Part shown: positions 61,853 through 64,000 of the stretch, one piece after another
How the letters are laid out: the number at the start of each line of letters is the position of its first letter
Position numbering within the stretch: position 1 is the first letter of the stretch
NCBI GenBank assembly: GCA_964384725.1
Contig: CAYLLJ010000001.1
Coordinates: 83,093-147,092 of the forward strand
Direction of reading: 5' to 3'
From: an uncultured Oscillospiraceae bacterium
GTDB lineage: Bacteria > Bacillota > Clostridia > Peptostreptococcales > Anaerovoracaceae
Length of the DNA: 64,000 nt
Made by a program: the position numbers and the translations under genes
Notes under the pieces: generated by a model
What the model saw: the letters and a program-made list of their open reading frames with translations, nothing else
The model's database searches: none
What the model was told of the DNA's origin: nothing

Positions 61853-62962
61853 TTATTTTGAATATTTTTCCAACCTAATTATTTTTCCTTTTTCTGCAAA
61901 AAAACTTTCACCTGCCGAAAGTTGAGCTTTAAATTTTTCATTTATTTCTGTCGCGGTTATGAAAACCTGTACTTCATTAACAGAATGGATAAGAAACTCC
62001 TGTCTCTCTTCATCCAATTCGGACAAAACATCATCCAACAGAAGAATCGGCAAAACTCCGGTTTCTTCCTTTATTATTTTGATTTCGGCCAATTTCATAG
62101 ATAATGCCGCTGTTCTCTGCTGTCCTTGAGAACCAAAACGGCGAATATCAATTCCTTCCACACATACTTTAAGATCATCCTTGTGAGGACCGACAGAAGT
62201 GCTTCCGCGAAAAATGTCGTTTTTTAAGTTTTTACTTAACTGATTTTTTAAGTTTATTTTTTGCTCTTCAAGACTATCTTTTTTATCAATATTCGGCTCA
62301 TAAGATATTTCTATTTCTTCTTTCCCGTTTGTTATATTTTTACTTATGTTACTGCTTATTTCATTAAGCTTTTCTATAAAACGGCTTCTTTCATGTATGA
62401 TCTTTGCGCCGCATTCTGCCATTATTTCATCCCAAACGTCTATTACTTCTATTTTGACATCCTGCTGTTTCAACAGCCTGTTTCTTTGCTGCAATATCTT
62501 TTTGTATCGTCCTAAGTTTTTATAGTATATCGGCCGCAGCTGGCACAGCTCACGATCAATAAACCTTCTTCTTTTTTCCGGCTCGTCCTTTACGATCTTC
62601 ATATCTTCCGGAGAAAACACAACCATATAAACATTTTCCAGCAATTCGATATTTTTTTCGGCTTTTCTTCCATTAATTTTTACCGTTTTACCTTCTCTGC
62701 TGATATTTATTTCTATTTCCAGTTCTCTGCCTTCTTTTACAGATGTGCTTTTTGCTCTGCAGTAATCCTTCCCGAAGCCTATCATCTCAACATCTTTGTT
62801 TGTCCTGAACGACTTTCCTAAAGACATGATATACAGGCTTTCCAGCAGATTTGTTTTACCCTGCGCATTTTTTCCGGATATTATATTTATTTTATTATTG
62901 AATGTGATTTCTTCCTCGTCGTAATTTCGGAAGTTTTTCAATTCTATTTTTTTTAAATACAT
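61853..62962 (-). CDS. recF: DNA replication/repair protein RecF
   Basis: NFRNY, GKNAQGKTN, GPHKDD, GSQGQQR, LLLDDVLSELD. Confidence 0.97.
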   Translation of the reverse strand: MYLKKIELKNFRNYDEEEITFNNKINIISGKNAQGKTNLLESLYIMSLGKSFRTNKDVEMIGFGKDYCRAKSTSVKEGRELEIEINISREGKTVKINGRKAEKNIELLENVYMVVFSPEDMKIVKDEPEKRRRFIDRELCQLRPIYYKNLGRYKKILQQRNRLLKQQDVKIEVIDVWDEIMAECGAKIIHERSRFIEKLNEISSNISKNITNGKEEIEISYEPNIDKKDSLEEQKINLKNQLSKNLKNDIFRGSTSVGPHKDDLKVCVEGIDIRRFGSQGQQRTAALSMKLAEIKIIKEETGVLPILLLDDVLSELDEERQEFLIHSVNEVQVFITATEINEKFKAQLSAGESFFAEKGKIIRLEKYSK

Positions 62963-62985
62963 TCGCCTGTTTCCTTATGTGTTTG

Positions 62986-63999
62986 TCAATTTGAAGAAAT
63001 TCTGACCGGCAACACCAGATACTCGTATGCTCTGCCTTCCACAGGCTTTATAAGGCAGGGACTCACGCTGGTATTGAATTCCATTATTATGCTCTCATCA
63101 TTAAGGACCTTTAAAACTTCTAATATATATTTGGAATTAAAGCCAATGTCCAAATCTGTTCCTTCTTTTTCTACAAAGACTTCTTCTTTTACATTTCCTT
63201 CTTCTGATCTGGAAGTAATTATAATTTTATCTCTGAAAACGGACATTTTTATGAGGTTGTTCTTTCCCTCTTTTGCAAGCAATGAAGCTCTCTCAATGCT
63301 GTTCATAAGCTCTATCCTGTTTACTTTTAATTTGCATTTGTTTTCCTTTGGAAGAATATCATTATATTTAATAAAATCTCCTTCCAACAGACGCAGCACA
63401 ATCTTTGTTTCATCCATAAGAAATACAGCTTTTTTGTCCTCTATTATCATATAGATTTCTTTATTTTCTTCGTTTTCCGTGATTATTTTATTGATTTCAT
63501 TTAATATTCTTGCTGAAATTATGATTTTTTTGCTTTCTTCGTTTTTCATGGTTTCTCTTGCAATCGCCATTCTAAAGCCATCCAGAGCCACCATATTTAA
63601 TGATTCTTCTTCCATTTCTATCAGCACACCGACGATTATTCCTTTTGATTCGTCGATGCTTGCGGAGAAAGATGTCTTCCTTATCATATCTTTTAGAATA
63701 TCTTTCTCTATAAATATCTTCTTTTGTTCCTTTATTTCACTAATGTTTGGAAATTCATCCGCAGCCTGCCCAACGATAGTGAATTCTGAAGCCACGCATT
63801 TAATAACTATACTTTTGTCTTCCATCTCTTCGATTTGTATTTCTTCATTTGGAAGTTTTCTGATAATGTCATTGAACAGTCTTGCGGAAACCACAACCGA
63901 TCCTTCTTCCTCCGCTGTAACGTGCATCTTTTTTTCTATACTTAAATCGAGATCAGAAGCAGATAATTTTAATGTATTATTATCAACTTCTAAAAGTAT
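62986..63999 (-). CDS. dnaN: DNA polymerase III beta clamp (5' end beyond right edge)
   Basis: Frame is open to the edge (ILLEVDNNTLKLSASDLDLSIE...), ALDGFR, RLLEG.F..Y, IGFNSKY, LVLPVR. Confidence 0.96.
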   Translation of the reverse strand: MLLEVDNNTLKLSASDLDLSIEKKMHVTAEEEGSVVVSARLFNDIIRKLPNEEIQIEEMEDKSIVIKCVASEFTIVGQAADEFPNISEIKEQKKIFIEKDILKDMIRKTSFSASIDESKGIIVGVLIEMEEESLNMVALDGFRMAIARETMKNEESKKIIISARILNEINKIITENEENKEIYMIIEDKKAVFLMDETKIVLRLLEGDFIKYNDILPKENKCKLKVNRIELMNSIERASLLAKEGKNNLIKMSVFRDKIIITSRSEEGNVKEEVFVEKEGTDLDIGFNSKYILEVLKVLNDESIIMEFNTSVSPCLIKPVEGRAYEYLVLPVRISSN

Positions 64000-64000
64000 A

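Overview
Origin-proximal core chromosome of a clostridial-type Firmicute. The gyrA-rsbV-rsbW-sigB synteny suggests Peptostreptococcales (an Anaerovoracaceae-like organism); this is inference. Most genes run on the minus strand away from dnaN at the right edge. Reading from that edge: dnaN-recF-gyrB-gyrA, a SigB-promoted rsbV-rsbW-sigB-trpS block, NYN RNase, PAS-GGDEF-HD-GYP, an orphan AtpZ/I-like gene and comFB, an OYE-family flavoenzyme, uraA, tRNA-Lys(CTT), pckA, UPF0182, CBS-PPase, glnA-serS-putP, a Leu T-box leuACDB operon, a fab operon, a PdxR/ECF pair, a DUF1538/P-II operon, surE, thiolase and glnS. I see no CRISPR array, rRNA, prophage or intact transposase. Best candidates for undescribed biology: (1) a FabT-like MarR repressor fused in frame to a FabX/UfaA-like FMN/Fe-S enzyme at the end of the fab operon, with a FabT-type operator at the operon promoter and a fossil RBS in the linker; (2) two DUF1538 membrane proteins plus two non-canonical P-II proteins; (3) a local c-di-GMP module (bifunctional cyclase/phosphodiesterase plus ComFB receptor); (4) a terminator-containing uraA leader that lacks a PyrR box.
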